Assembly: GCF_902713615.1 (NCBI RefSeq)
Contig: NW_024055720.1
Span: 62,001-126,000, forward strand
Source: Scyliorhinus canicula
Taxonomy: Eukaryota
DNA length: 64,000 bases
Direction: 5' to 3'
Shown: in pieces, positions 49,090 to 61,495 of the stretch
Layout of the letters: each line of letters opens with the position of its first letter
How positions within the stretch are numbered: the first letter of the stretch is position 1
Notes under the pieces: generated by a model
What the model was told of the DNA's origin: nothing
The model's database searches: none
The model's input: the letters and a program-made list of their open reading frames with translations, nothing else
Made by a program: the position numbers and the translations under genes

Positions 49090-50450
49090 CTACATCGGTA
49101 CCAATAATACCCACAACTGGCAAAGCTACAGGCAGCTGATACAAATACACAGACAGATATAGACACAGGCACTACACACACATGCACACAGACCCACAAA
49201 CACACACACGCTCACACGTAGACACAAACACATACATGGACACACACATAGACACACATGCATAAACATACATCCAGACATAACGAACCACACATATTTT
49301 GACACAAAAACACATGCAAACGTGCGCACAAATTCACAAACATGGACATAAACACAAAAAAGCACACGTGTATACACACACAGACACACACAAATCCACA
49401 CACACAAGCGGGTACACAAATGTACACAAACAGACACATACAACCACGTGTCCACACAGATACACAAACATATAAAACCAGACAAGCAGGCTGACAGAAG
49501 AATATGAAACACAATTGTAACCAATAACATATACATTAGCAGAATTTCACGATGACAGAAATATTTCCATTCAGAGACAGTAATCCACATTAACACACTT
49601 GTGGACACATGGAGACACATATTAGCAGACTTGTACAAACGCTAACACGAACACATATGAATACACATGGAGGCATCAATACACAGCAATAGATAGTTAT
49701 AAACAACCACCAACGCATAAATAGCACTGCTGCCTCACAGCACCATAATCCCGGGTCCAATTCCAGCCTTGGGTGATTGTCTGTGTGGTGTTCCCACGTT
49801 CTCCCCGTGTATGTTCCTGTTTCCTCCGCCTGCTCCAGTTACCTCCCACAGTCCAAATATGTGCAGGTTCGGTGGATTGGCCATGCTATATTACCCCTCA
49901 TTGTCCACAACGTTAGGTGGGGTTACGAGGTTCTGGGGATAGAGCAGGGGCATGCGTCCAGGCAGAGTGCTCTTTCCGAGGGTCGGTGCAGACCCAATGG
50001 GCCGAATGGCCTCGTTCGGCACAGTAGATATTATACGATGATGATTCTGTGATGAAATACACGCATCAACAAACACACACACACACAAACACACTTATGC
50101 AGACACAAACATTAAGACACTGACATGCATGTTGAACGCATAAAGACACATTAACATTTATTACTGGGCAGGGACGTATAAACATATATTAGCACAGGCA
50201 TTAATATATAAACATAGACTTCAACACACAAACACGCACAATCAAACACTCATATATACACATTGACAGAAGATAAACAAAGTTCACATTCAGGCGCTGA
50301 CACACAAATACACAGATCAATACTCATTGACACATGAACAGACACAATGACATTTATAAAGACATCGGGACACACAAAAGAGTAAAGCAAAACACGAATT
50401 TCGCATCTACATAGACACAAAAGATAAAGAACAAACACAAACGTCAGGCA
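49090..50450. repeat. Degenerate (CA)n-rich low-complexity tract interrupted by a V-SINE (about 49700-50052)
   Basis: ACAC-rich composition; SINE core in the middle. Confidence 0.8.
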
Positions 50451-50793
50451 AGGGCGGCACGGTGACGCGCTGCTGCCTCACGCCACCATGGACCTGGGGT
50501 TGATCCCGCTCCTGGGTCTGTGTCCCTGTGGAGTTTCCACGTGACCCGTGGGTTTCACCCCCACAACCCAAAGATATGCAGGGTAGGTGGATTGGCCATG
50601 CTAACTTGCCCCTTGATTGGAAGAAAAAAGTTACAGAGATCGATTTATGAGTGTCATGAACTCAACAGTATGAAGTTACTGAAAATATATTAAAGAATTA
50701 ATTAGCAGCGGGAGAAAATGAAACGAGAATACTGAAAATAAATCCTGCATTAACAAACAATCTGATAATATTTATTCGGCTCTATCCTCGTAG

Positions 50794-50921
50794 ATACCAC
50801 AGACCACACCTGGACTGAAGACGATGAGGATGATAACGGGAACATCTGGACAACCGCTTCCACATTCATCACCCTGTTCTTCCTGAGCATTTCCTACAGC
50901 GCTGCAGTCACTCTGGTGAAG
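50794..50921 (+). CDS. IGHM: IgM TM1 exon (DTTDHTWTEDDEDDNGNIWTTASTFITLFFLSISYSAAVTLVK)
   Basis: Acidic spacer plus CART-type transmembrane motif. AG at 50792-50793, GT at 50922. In frame with the Cmu4 internal donor. Confidence 0.94.
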
Positions 50922-51062
50922 GTGGGAAGATTCAATCCACTCACACTTCAAACTGAATGAAGCCGTTTAAAAAAATCTCTAAATGTTTGATTGATTAAAA
51001 ACTCTAACATAAATGTTCCAGATCATAAACATCTGCTTCATCATTTTCTCTCTCTTTTACAG

Positions 51063-51071
51063 ATCAAGTGA
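51063..51071 (+). CDS. IGHM: IgM TM2 exon coding part (IK*)
   Basis: Long polypyrimidine tract + AG at 51061-51062, then ATC AAG TGA, giving a K-I-K cytoplasmic tail. Confidence 0.82.
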   Translation: MK

Positions 51072-51474
51072 TGGGTTGACGTTCGGATGCTGTAGATTTC
51101 CCTCAGCTGTTTATTATGATCTATGTGTGACACAAATACAATATCTCCTCTTGGTGACTAACAGTAAAAATATCTCAGTTTATTATTCTGCATCGGTAAC
51201 TGAGACAATCATGGACAGTATTTCTGCTTTTCAGTTTAAAATGTACGAGATAATTTTGGCTGTAATGTAATTGTAGCTAATAATTTCCCTCAATGTTATG
51301 TATAAATAAGTAACTTATCTCGTACCTTATTCACAACAGTTGCCTTCCCTTTATGTTGAGCTCCTTTTCTCTCTTGTGTCTGTTACAGTTGTACATACAT
51401 TTGGCAGCTCAGAGGGCATGTGTTCTGTTCTTACTGTGACCCTCATTCGTTATGTTCCCTTTTGTAAACATCAA

Positions 51475-51526
51475 AATAAACTTTTGTGTAATATTTTCGC
51501 TGACATTTTAATAAATATTGAATAAA
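51475..51526 (+). terminator. Membrane-form polyadenylation signals
   Basis: AATAAA at 51475-51480, 51510-51515 and 51521-51526, downstream of TM2. Confidence 0.65.
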
Positions 51527-51902
51527 AAATGAAGAAAATAAGACTAATCTGAACTCCTTTCTCTAAGATCCATCGGTACCGCTCCACTTCCCCGGTTATA
51601 CAGTTTGCTCCCCTTTCCCAGACAGATATTTCTCACCAGTCCTGTCTGGGATGTGTCTGAACTCAAGGCCCATCAGTGAAAGAGCCACTGCGCCACCAAG
51701 CGGCCCATCCGGGTTAAGACACCTTCACCTTTGTCTTTTTACGGTAAAACCCCAGAGATATAATGCCAGCTGAAGAATTCCACAGATTCACTACCCTCTG
51801 ATGGAAGAAATGTCTCCTCACCTCTGTCCTAAACTTGAGACCCCTTCCTCTGAGATGATGCCCTCTGGTCCTAGACTCTCCCACAAGAGGAAACAAGATG
51901 AT

Positions 51903-52190
51903 TTTTCAGGCTGTGTAACTGGTTAAAGCTCTTTCCACAGTCAGTTCACTGGAACACTCTCACTGGGGGGTGTGTGGGTCTCGGGGCTTTTCCAGTCTCA
52001 CTGATGTTTGAAATCTCTTCCCACAGTCAGAACAGACAAGCACATTGACAGTTTGTGATATTTAGATGCTAATGAATTGAGTGACTGTCAGATCTTCATG
52101 TTATATTTGGTTCCAGTTGCCCAGCTGCCAATCCTCCCGTTCTAATGCCTAAAAAATAAGTTTACAAAAATGATCACTATAATAGGATAG
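51903..52190 (-). pseudogene. Truncated ZNF gene relic (5' part of coding exon)
   Basis: Homologous to 53700-53990 and 63700-64000. Degenerate finger-like coding on the minus strand, cut by a CR1 fragment at about 51900. Confidence 0.6.
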
Positions 52191-52599
52191 TAATTCACAA
52201 CAGATCATTCTAGTTTCTATCAAACCTTCTTTCGTCTCTTGCTTTCCCCAAGCATGTGGTCCAGTCAAAATAAAGGACCAAAATTAGCTAGAACCCAACA
52301 AAAGTGTCACTGCCTGTGCGGAGTCTGACAGTTCTCCCCATGTCTGCGTGGGTTTGCTCCAGGTGCTCCGGTTTCCTCCCACAGTCAAAAGATGCACAGG
52401 TTAGGTGGATTAGCCATGCTAAATTGCCCTTATGTTAGATGGGGTTGCTGGGTTACAGTGATAGGTTGGAGGTGTGGCCTTAAATAGGGTGCCCTTTCCA
52501 AGAACCGGTGCAGACTCAATGGGCCGAATGGACTCCTTCTGCACTGTAAATTCTATGATTCTACCTACCTCTATGATTATTGAGTCAATCAGCGAGTCA

Positions 52600-53050
52600 G
52601 CCAGAAATCTGCCTCACAATGCCCGGGTGATTGACGGCAGCACGGGACCAATAGGAAGAGGAGGGACACTGGAGGACGGACCGGAAGCAGCTAGTCCTCC
52701 AACCAATCGGAGTGAATGAGGGGCGGGGCACCGCTGTGATTGAAGCATGCGTAGTGTGGGTAATGGCGATGCAGAAGGACGTCTTTTTCAGATCGGAAAT
52801 TGGTAAGAGACGTTTAACAATACGGAGGGAGCGAGAGATCGCGGGGGCGGGCGGAAACGTTGTGTAAAGTTGTTGCAATCGCAAACCTCGGAAATGTTTA
52901 CGAGACCCAGTTTGTACCGAGCGGAGCTGCAGCTCCTCATCTTCGGCTCGGGTTAACGGCCGCCATCTTTATTGGATGTGAATTAGGGCGCATGCGCGTT
53001 TCTCATCTTTGTCGGGGCGATGTCACAATGAGTGGGAGGAGCTTGTTCCC
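52600..53050. promoter_or_regulatory. CpG-island-type promoter
   Basis: NRF1 motif GCGCATGCGC (52988-52997), YY1 motif CGCCATCTT (52961-52969), GC boxes, CCAAT boxes and CCGGAAG Ets site. Confidence 0.65.
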
Positions 53051-53699
53051 CGTTGTTCAGAATGGAGACAACTTGTCCATCAAACTGGATTAGTCTTTGA
53101 GTCCCAATGTCTTATTGATGATGCAAAGCAGTGACAGAGATGGAAAGAAAAGGAAGCCAATCCTGCTCTCTAGATTTCACTGTCTCATTGGACATCCAGG
53201 CCCATTTGTCCAAAGTTCTGCGTCTCTGTTCAGCAGGGCAGAAACTCACAATCCTGAGGCAACATCACTCTCAAATGAGGTTAGGTGATTGGCAATGCTA
53301 AATTTCCCTTCGTGTCCAAAAAGGTTGGGTGGGGTTACGAGGATAGGGTGAAGGTGTGGGCTTGGGGAGGGTGCTCTTTCCCAGGGCTGGTGCAGACTCG
53401 ATGGGCAAAATGGCCTCCTTCTGCACTGTAAATTCTAAGGTCTAACTGCCCTTGAGGGCTGGTAAGAGTCAACAACATTGCTATGGGTCTGGAGTCACAT
53501 GTAGGCCAGACTGGGTAAGGATGGCAGATTTCCCTCCCGAAAGGATGTTAGTGAACCAGCTGGTTTAATAGACTTTTAATTCCAGATATTTTATTCCATC
53601 AGCTGAGATGGTGGGATTCGAATCCAAGACCCCAGATCATTATCCTGGTTCTCTGGATTACAAATCCAGCGATTATACCACTGCATCACTGCCTCCCCA

Positions 53700-53990
53700 T
53701 TGTGTAATTGGTGAAAGCTCTTTCCACAGTCAATTCACTCTCACTCCACTCTCACTCGGCTGTGTGTTGTGTGGGTCTCGGTGCTTTTCCAGTCACACTG
53801 ATGTTTTAAATCTTTTCTCACAGACAGAACAGAGAAACATTTCTCCTTCCACATTCAAAGGATGATATTCAGGTCCTGATGAATCAACTGATCTCTCCGA
53901 TTTTGATGCAATATTTAGTTTGAATATCCCGAATACAAATCTTCTAATGTCCTGTAAAGGGAGTTTACAAAATTCATCACTGTCAGGACA
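53700..53990 (-). pseudogene. Truncated ZNF gene relic
   Basis: Minus-strand acceptor (TTTACAG) near 53953. Translation ...EYHPLNVEGEMFLCSVCEKRFKTSV, ended by a stop and a SINE. Confidence 0.65.
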
Positions 53991-54274
53991 GGATAGATAT
54001 TCACAACACATTGTGCTCGTTTCTATGGAATATCCTTCCCCTCACATCCCCAAAACCTGTATCTTTCCATCTCACACACACTCCCTCCATTCTCGCTGCT
54101 GTGCCGAATACACACCGTCCCAATTCTTCTGAATGACAATTCATGCTGATGGCCAGGTCCATGATCACTAATTCCTGTACAGGACAAAGGGACCTGAAAA
54201 GGATCATATAGTCTGTTAGCCATGTACAGGTATATATTACTGGATTAAAAATGTGTAATAGACACTGCATCACT

Positions 54275-54510
54275 TGGTGAGGTGATGGCATAGTGGTAAT
54301 ATCACATGACTAGTAATCCAGGCCCTGAGTAATTCTCTGGGAACTGGGGTACGAATCCCACAATGGCAGATGGTGTCATTTCAATTAAATAAAAATCTAA
54401 TGGTGACCATGAAAACATTGTCAATTATTGTAAAAACCCATCTGGTTCACTAATGTCCTTTAGAGAAGGAAATCTGCCCTCCTTACCCGGTCTGGCCGAC
54501 ATGTGACTTA
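54275..54510 (+). mobile_element. Deu-domain (SacSINE1-like) SINE; related copies near 8490-9030, 13900-15030, 23990-24300, 53440-53700, 57300-57560 and 57900-58070
   Basis: Shared core CCATCTGGTTCACTAATGTCCTTTAG.GAAGGAAATCTGCC.TCCTTACC.GGTCTGGCC..CATGTGACT. Confidence 0.7.
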
Positions 54511-55307
54511 CATAGAAAATAGAGTAGGAGGAGGCCATTTGGTCCTTCACGCCAGCTCCGCCATTCATTATCATCATGGCTGATCGTCGATTCAATACCC
54601 TGACTGTGGAAGGAAACCGGAGCACTCGGCGGAAACCCACGCAGACATGGGGAGAAGGTCCACGACAGCCACCCAAGGTCGAAATTGAACCTGAGTCCCT
54701 GGCACTGTGAGACAGCAGTGCTAACCAACGTGCCACGCTACCAGTCGACTCTGGTGGGATTTGAACCCACAACATTTGAATCCCTGACTTGCCATTAAGT
54801 AGAAGTACAACACACTGTCCATTGCACCACAGAGCTGCACATATCCTTTAATCCCTTTCGGCCCAAGAGCTGTATCGAACTCCTTCAAATTGCACAATGT
54901 TTTGTCCTCAACGACTTTCTGTGGTAATGAATTCCACAGGCTCATCACTCTCTGGGTGAAAAAAATCTCTCCTCACCTCAGTCTTAAAAGTTTTACCCCT
55001 TATCCTCAAACTATGACCCGTCTAGTTCTGGACTCTTTATGAATCTACTCTGTCCACCCCTGTTGGATTTTTATATGTTTCTATGAGATCATTTCATTAA
55101 AAAAAAGATAGAGAAGCATAATTAGGCCATTCAGCCCATCGGGTTTGCTCTGCCATTCGATCATGGCTGATATGATTCTCATCCCCATTCTCCTGCCTTC
55201 TCCCCATAACATCTGAGCCCCTTATTAATCAAGAACCAATATATCTCTGTCTTAAAAAGACTGACGGGCATGGCCTGGTGACACGTGGCATCAATTAATT
55301 TCCTTTC

Positions 55308-55652
55308 ATAGAACATAGAACAGTACAGCACAGAACAGGCCCTTCGGCCCTCAATGTTGTGCCGAGCCATGATCACCCTACTCAAACCCACATATCCACC
55401 CTATACCCGTAACCCAACAACCCCCCCCTTAACCTTACATTTATTAGGACACTACGGGCAATTTAGCATGGCCAATCCACCTAACCCGCACATCTTTAGA
55501 CTGTGGGAGGAAACCGGAGCACCCGGAGGAAACCCACGCACACAGGGGGAGGACGTGCAGACTCCACACAGACAGTGACCCAGCCGGGAATCGAACCTGG
55601 GACCCTGGAGCTGTGAAGCATTTATGCTAACCACCATGCTACCCTGCTGCCC
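55308..55652 (-). mobile_element. V-SINE / HE1-type SINE, young subfamily
   Basis: Near-identical to the other young copies. Confidence 0.9.
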
Positions 55653-55734
55653 CTTTCCCGCTAGAGAAATCAAGGACTTGACATAGTGTGTTTGAGACAA
55701 AGCTGATTTATTTCACAATCAACAAGATATTAAA

Positions 55735-55860
55735 CACTAGCCCAGCTCAGTTACAGGGAATCGAAATAAACCCCAATTGTCAGAATGAAGATGGTTCAGT
55801 TCTGGATGTGATTAACAGTGACAGTAACAGCAGAATCAACACTTTTCAGATGAACAGGGG
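55735..55860 (-). pseudogene. Orphan ZNF 3'UTR-like fragment
   Basis: Reverse complement resembles the sequence after the intact ZNF stop (GCTGTT...CAGGACTGAACCATGTTCATT at 61505-61550). Confidence 0.45.
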
Positions 55861-56899
55861 GTAAATATAAATTCCTTCCGTTGGTTTGACAGTTCAGGAA
55901 CCGTCAGTGGCATCTTATGATATGGAGAAATTAGCTCAACAATCCTCTGAACTAAAATTTAGTCTGGCCTGGTGTCACCAAGCTGAAATCCAGTCTTTCT
56001 CTGACACATTAGTCTCAATGACAGAGCTGACAGGTTAAGAGTGAAAAAGTCAACTGTTAGCAGTAAGGGGGAAGAGGCAGGTTTGTAGATGTTCTACAGT
56101 GTTACAGACTGGCTCGTTGGATCTTATTCTGTCCCATCTTACATTCAGCGAACAGAAAAATGACTAAAAGACTGCAACATACAGGCATTTGGGGACAACG
56201 GTGAGTTTACTGTTCAGATTAGTTAAAGTCTCCATATTGTAAAATGGATCTAGAAGTACTGGAGAAGATGCAGGAAAAGATATTTGAATTATGTCTGAAT
56301 TAGCAGGTTAGACCCAGCAAGAAAGATTTGGCAGGGTGTAAACCTTTCTCTGGAAAAGGGAATGAAGGATGACCTGATCATGTAAGATTATGAAAAGGTT
56401 TGATATGATAGACAAGTGGAAGATGTTTTCACTGGATAAGAATAAATAGTCATTAATTAATCTAATGTGCAGTTCAGGAGCAGTTTAGAGGGAGATCACT
56501 CACACACTTCACATGTGCAAAGGTATTTCCTCAGTTTTCCACTGGTCAACACTCCAAATTTAAAAGCACAAACCATTTGATCCAATTTCAGCACATTGTT
56601 ATTGGCGAGGGGTAGTTTAACTTTTGTCCAAGAAGACAAAAATCACTGTTCACCTGAACCTGCTCAGACCCCAACCCGTTAACAACTCACTGTCCGTGTG
56701 TGGTCTGTTGTCAATCACACCCAGGACAGAACTGTGGTGGAGGGCCCAGACTATTTAAGTTCCTTATTAATTTATTTAATACATTTGTTACCTTGGCACA
56801 ATGGTACCAATCGGAATCGGATCGCAAAGCATAATTTCGATCAGGAATATCGATTTCAGTGACAGGGTTATTACCCATCGTGCGTTGCGGCTGTGAATG

Positions 56900-57250
56900 T
56901 GCTCCATCCACATTACAGAAGTTGCTCACACATGCGCAGAGTCCGGCTGTGACCGGAGCATGCACAGTTCAGGTTGTCGCTGATGGTGCGAGAAGCGGGA
57001 AAGAAGCAATTGAGCGACTTTCAGGATTGGAGCCGGTGGGTGGCCGGGGAGCAATAGAAGCTGCGGAGTGAGCCGGGAGGCTTCATAAATACCCCGTGGA
57101 GGCTTCAACTCCCGAGGAAAATGTTAACGGTCCCGTCTTAAGCAGCACCGAACAGAGTGAGAGCTGAGCGGTGACAGGCCCGGGTTACCGGCTGCCACCT
57201 TTACAGAGGACAAGGTGCCGCAGGGCGCATGCGCTGTGAGCCTGGACCGG
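56900..57250. promoter_or_regulatory. CpG-rich promoter / likely first exon of the ZNF gene
   Basis: High CpG density, NRF1-like GCGCATGCGC near 57225, possible donor GTGAGC at about 57236, 3 kb upstream of the ZNF acceptor. Confidence 0.5.
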
Positions 57251-58184
57251 ATACCAACTCTCCCGGATTGACTGGCTGGAGTCTCCAGGATTTTATTTTA
57301 TTCATTTGTGGGAGTCACTGGCTGAGCCAACATTTATTGCCCATCTCTAATTTCCCTCAAACTGAGTGGCTGGCTCAGCCATCTCGGAGGGCATTTAAAG
57401 AGTCAACCACATTGCTGTGGTTTGGAATCGTGTCGGCCAGACCAGGTAAGGATGGCAGATTTTTTTTTCTGTTCATTCCCGGGATGTGGGTGTCGCTGGC
57501 TGGGCCAGCATTCACTGCCCAGCCCTAATTGCCCTTCAACTGAGTGCATCTCCGAGAGCATTTTACGGGTCAATCCTTGGGCAACACGGTAGCATTGTGG
57601 ATAGCACAATGGCTCACAGCTCCAGGGTCCCAGGTTCGATTCCGTCTTGGGTCACTGTGCGGAGTCTGCACATCCTCCCCATGTGTGCTCCGGTTTCCTC
57701 CCACAGTCCAAAGATGTGCAGGTTAGGTGGATTGGCCGTGATAAATTGCCCTTAGTGTTCAAAATTGCCTTTAGTGTGGGTGGGGTTACTGGATTATTGG
57801 GATAGGGGGAGGTGTTGACCTTGGGTAGGGTGCTCTTTCCAAGAGCCGGTGTAGAGTCGATGGGCCAAATGGCCTCCTTCTGCACTGTAAATTCTATGAT
57901 AAAGCTGACTGTGGATCTGGAGTCACATGTAGGCCAGACCAGGTAAGGATAGAAGATTTCCTTTACTGAAGGACAGGAGTGAACCAGATGGGTCTTTGCA
58001 ACAGCCAACAATGATTTCATGGTCACAAGTAAACTTTCAATGAATTCAAATGTTACCTTCTGCCTTTGTGAGATTCATACCTAGCTGTCTGGAAAATCAT
58101 TAGGACAGTAAAAAAGATTTTTGCGTCTCTGGAAAATGATAGGGACAATAAAAGCGATTTTTCCGACACTGAAAAAAATAGTCA

Positions 58185-59690
58185 GCCCCTCGAGCCTGTT
58201 CCTTTCATACAAACTAGGAGTCGGCCCCTCGAGCCTGCTCCTTACATACAAACTAGGAGTCGGCCCCTCGAGCCTGCTCCTTACATACAAACTAGGAGTC
58301 GGCCCCTCGAGCCTGCTCCTTTCATACAAACTAGGAGTCGGCCCCTCGAGCCTGTTCCTTTCATACAAACTAGGAGCCGGCCCCTCGAGCCTGCTCCTTA
58401 CACACAGACTAGGAGTCGGCCCCTCGAGCCTGCTCCTTTCATACAAACTAGGAGTCGGTCCCTCGAGCCTGCTCCTTACACACAAACTAGGAGTCGGTCC
58501 CTCGAGCCTGCTCCTTACATACAAACTAGGAGTCGGTCCCTCGACCCTGCTCCTTACATACAAACTAGGAGTCGGTCCCTCGAGCCTGCCCCTTACACAC
58601 AAACTAGGAGTCGGCCCCTCGAGCCTGCTCCTTACATACAAACTAGGAGTCGGTCCCTCGAGCCTGCTCCTTACACACAAACTAGGAGTCGGCCCCTCGA
58701 GCCTGCCCCTTACACACAAACTGGGAGTCGGTCCCTCGAGCCTCCTCCTTACACACACTAGGAGTTGGTCCCTCGAGCCTGCTCCTTACACACAAACTAG
58801 GAGTCGGCCCCTCGAGCCTGCTCCTTACACACAAACTGGGAGTCGGCCCCTCAAGCCTGCTCCTTACTCACAAACTAGGAGTAGGCCCCTCGAGCCTGCT
58901 CCTTACACACAAACTAGGAGTCGGCCCCTCGAGCCTGCTCCTTACACACAAACTGGGAGTCGGCCCCTCAAGCCTGCTCCTTACACACAAACTAGGAGTC
59001 GGCCCCTCAAGCCTGCTCCTTACACACAAACTAGGAGTCGGCCCCTCAAGCCTGCTCCTTACACACAAACTAGGAGTCTGTCCCTCGAGCCTGCTCCTTG
59101 CACACAAACTAGGAGTCGGTCCCTCGAGCCTGCTCCTTACACACAAACTAGGAGCCAACCCCTCGAGCCTCCTCCTTACACACAAACTAGGAGTCGGTCC
59201 CTCGAGCCTGCTCCTTACACACAAACTAGGAGTCGGCCCCTCGAGCCTGCTCCTTACACACAAACTAGGAGTCGGCCCCTCGAGCCTGCTCCTTACATAC
59301 AAACTAGGAGTCGGCCCCTCGAGCCTGCTCCTTACCCACAAACTAGGAGCCAACCCCTCGAGCCTCCTCCTTACACACAAACTAGGAGTCGGCCCCTCAA
59401 GCCTGCTCCTTACATACAAACTAGGAGTCGGCCCCTCGAGCCTGCTCCTTACACACAGACTAGGAGTCGGCCCCTCGAGCCTGCTCCTTACATACAAACT
59501 AGGAGTCGGCCCCTCGAGCCTGCTCCTTACACACAGACTAGGAGTCGGCCCCTCGAGCCTGCTCCTTACATACAAACTAGGAGTCGGCCCCTCGAGCCTG
59601 CTCCTTACACACAAACTAGGAGTCGGCCCCTCGAGCCTGCTCCTTACAGATAAACTAGGTGTCGGCCACTCAGCCCCTCAGGCCTGCTCC
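58185..59690. repeat. 39-bp minisatellite (GGCCCCTCGAGCCTGCTCCTTACACACAAACTAGGAGTC), about 38 copies
   Basis: Period 39 read directly. Merges at 59665-59720 into a minus-strand CR1 3' end. Confidence 0.96.
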
Positions 59691-60385
59691 ACTATTCAAT
59701 GAGATTATGGCTCATCTAATTTTCAAAAAAAAAATTTTGATTACCTATTTTATTTTCCATTTTTTTCCCTTTAAATACAGAGTTGCCAATTCTTTTCTTT
59801 TCCCAATTAAGAGACAATTTATAAAGGCCAATTCACTTAACTTGTTCTTGGACTGTTGGAGGAAATCTGAGCACCGGGTGGAAACCCACGCAGACACAGG
59901 GAGAAAGTGCAAACTCCACACAGACAGTCACCAAGGCCGGAATTGAACCCAGGTCCCTGGCACTGTGAGGCAGCAGTGCTAACCACTGTGCCACCAGAAG
60001 CATAGTTTCAATCTCAATATTACTGTTTATGAAGCTCAAGATCGCATTTGCTTTGCCAACTACTCTCGTAATATGTCTTGTAGATATACAAAATCCCTTT
60101 TTACCCCTTTCTCCTCCCAAAGAGGCCAGTTGGGTTTTTATGACAATCCAGCAGTTTTCATGGCCCTTATCCCTTGTTTCGGCTCCACAAATGACCAGAT
60201 TCATTCAGCTCAATTTTGCAACCTGTTTTTGTGGGTTCTCTCTCACTCCTTATTTTCTGTTTTAAATCAGTTTCACAGGGTGTGCGAAGGGAAGCTTCAA
60301 AGTCCAGAAACTCAAAGCAAGCATCACATCAGGATCTGACAGAGTCCTCAATTTATCATATCCTGAATATCATGGGATTTTGAAC

Positions 60386-61495
60386 ATGGAAGCAAAAAGC
60401 ATTGTTCACAGTGGGGAGAGTTGTGTGTGTGGACGAGGATTCACTCAACCATCAAGCCTCACAAGCCACAAATGCAGTCACACTGAGGAGAAACCGTGGA
60501 AATGTGCGGACTGTGGGAAAGGATTCACTTCCCCATCAAAGCTGGAAACTCATCGACGCAGTCACACTGGGGAGAGACCATTCACCTGCTCTAAGTGTGG
60601 GAAGGGATTCACTCAGTCATCCTCATTGTCCACACACCAGCGAGTTCACTCCAGGGAGAGACCATTCACCTGCTCAGAGTGTGGGAAGGGATTTACTATT
60701 TCAGCCCACTTGCTGAGTCACCAGCGAGTTCACACTGATGAGAGACCGTTTCAATGTCCAGACTGCGGGAAGTGCTATAAAAGTTCTGGGGAACTGATGC
60801 GCCATCAACGTGTTCACACTGACGAGAGACCGTTCAGGTGCTCTCGCTGTGGAACTGGGTTCAGGCAATCCTCTGACCTCACTGTACATCAGCGAATTCA
60901 CACTGGGGAGAGGCCATTCACCTGCGCCAAGTGTGGGAAGGGATTCACTCAGTCATCCGATCTGCAGAAGCACCAGCGAATTCACACTGGGGAGAGGGCA
61001 TTTACCTGCTCCAAATGTGGGAAGGGATTTACTACATCATCCATCTTGCTGGCACACCAGCGAGTTCACACAAACAAGAAAACTTTTAAATGTCCAGACT
61101 GTGAGAAAGGCTACAAAAGTTCTGAGAAACTGATGCTCCATCAACGTGTTCACACTGACGAGAGACCGTTCAGGTGCTCTCACTGTGGGACTGGGTTCAG
61201 GCGAACATCTCAACTCGCTGCACACCAGCGAGTTCACACTGACAAGAGACCTTTCAAATGTCCAGACTGTGGAAAATGCTTTAAAAGTTCTGGGGAACTG
61301 ACCCGTCACCAACGTGTTCACACTGAGGAGAGACCATTCAGGTGCTCTCACTGTGGGACTGGGTTTGTGCGATCATCTCAACTCACTGTACATCAGCGAA
61401 TTCACACTGGGGAGAGGCCATTCCCCTGCTCCGAGTGTGGGAAGGGATTCACCACTTCATCCCACCTACTGAGACACCAATGTGGCCACAAGTAA
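60386..61495 (+). CDS. Tandem C2H2 zinc-finger protein, 369 aa, 12 canonical fingers plus 1 degenerate N-terminal finger, no recognisable effector domain
   Basis: Repeated CxxC-x12-HxxxH with TGERP/TDERP linkers. ATG at 60386, acceptor near 60270, AATAAA at 61613-61618. Confidence 0.93.
   Translation: MEAKSIVHSGESCVCGRGFTQPSSLTSHKCSHTEEKPWKCADCGKGFTSPSKLETHRRSHTGERPFTCSKCGKGFTQSSSLSTHQRVHSRERPFTCSECGKGFTISAHLLSHQRVHTDERPFQCPDCGKCYKSSGELMRHQRVHTDERPFRCSRCGTGFRQSSDLTVHQRIHTGERPFTCAKCGKGFTQSSDLQKHQRIHTGERAFTCSKCGKGFTTSSILLAHQRVHTNKKTFKCPDCEKGYKSSEKLMLHQRVHTDERPFRCSHCGTGFRRTSQLAAHQRVHTDKRPFKCPDCGKCFKSSGELTRHQRVHTEERPFRCSHCGTGFVRSSQLTVHQRIHTGERPFPCSECGKGFTTSSHLLRHQCGHK

Larger units (their letters stand above)
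26167..51480 (+). other. IGHM: Complete germline shark IgM heavy-chain cluster (L-V-D1-D2-J-Cmu1-4-sec-TM1-TM2)
   Basis: All segments are in order with GT-AG splice sites, phase-1 junctions, open frames and 12/23-compatible RSS. This single-V minilocus layout is the established cartilaginous-fish organisation. Confidence 0.96.

Noticed and set aside
49126-49638. Cys/Val-rich 170-aa ORF
   Set aside because: Translation of a (TG)n-like tract.
58121-59653. 510-aa ORF with 13-aa repeats, plus antisense repeat ORFs
   Set aside because: By-product of a 39-bp (multiple of 3) tandem repeat that is open in several frames and on both strands.
58185-59690. CRISPR-like look (hairpin repeat with a short variable segment)
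   Set aside because: There are no unique spacers, only point variants of one unit. Vertebrate context, no cas genes, and the unit derives from a CR1 3' end.
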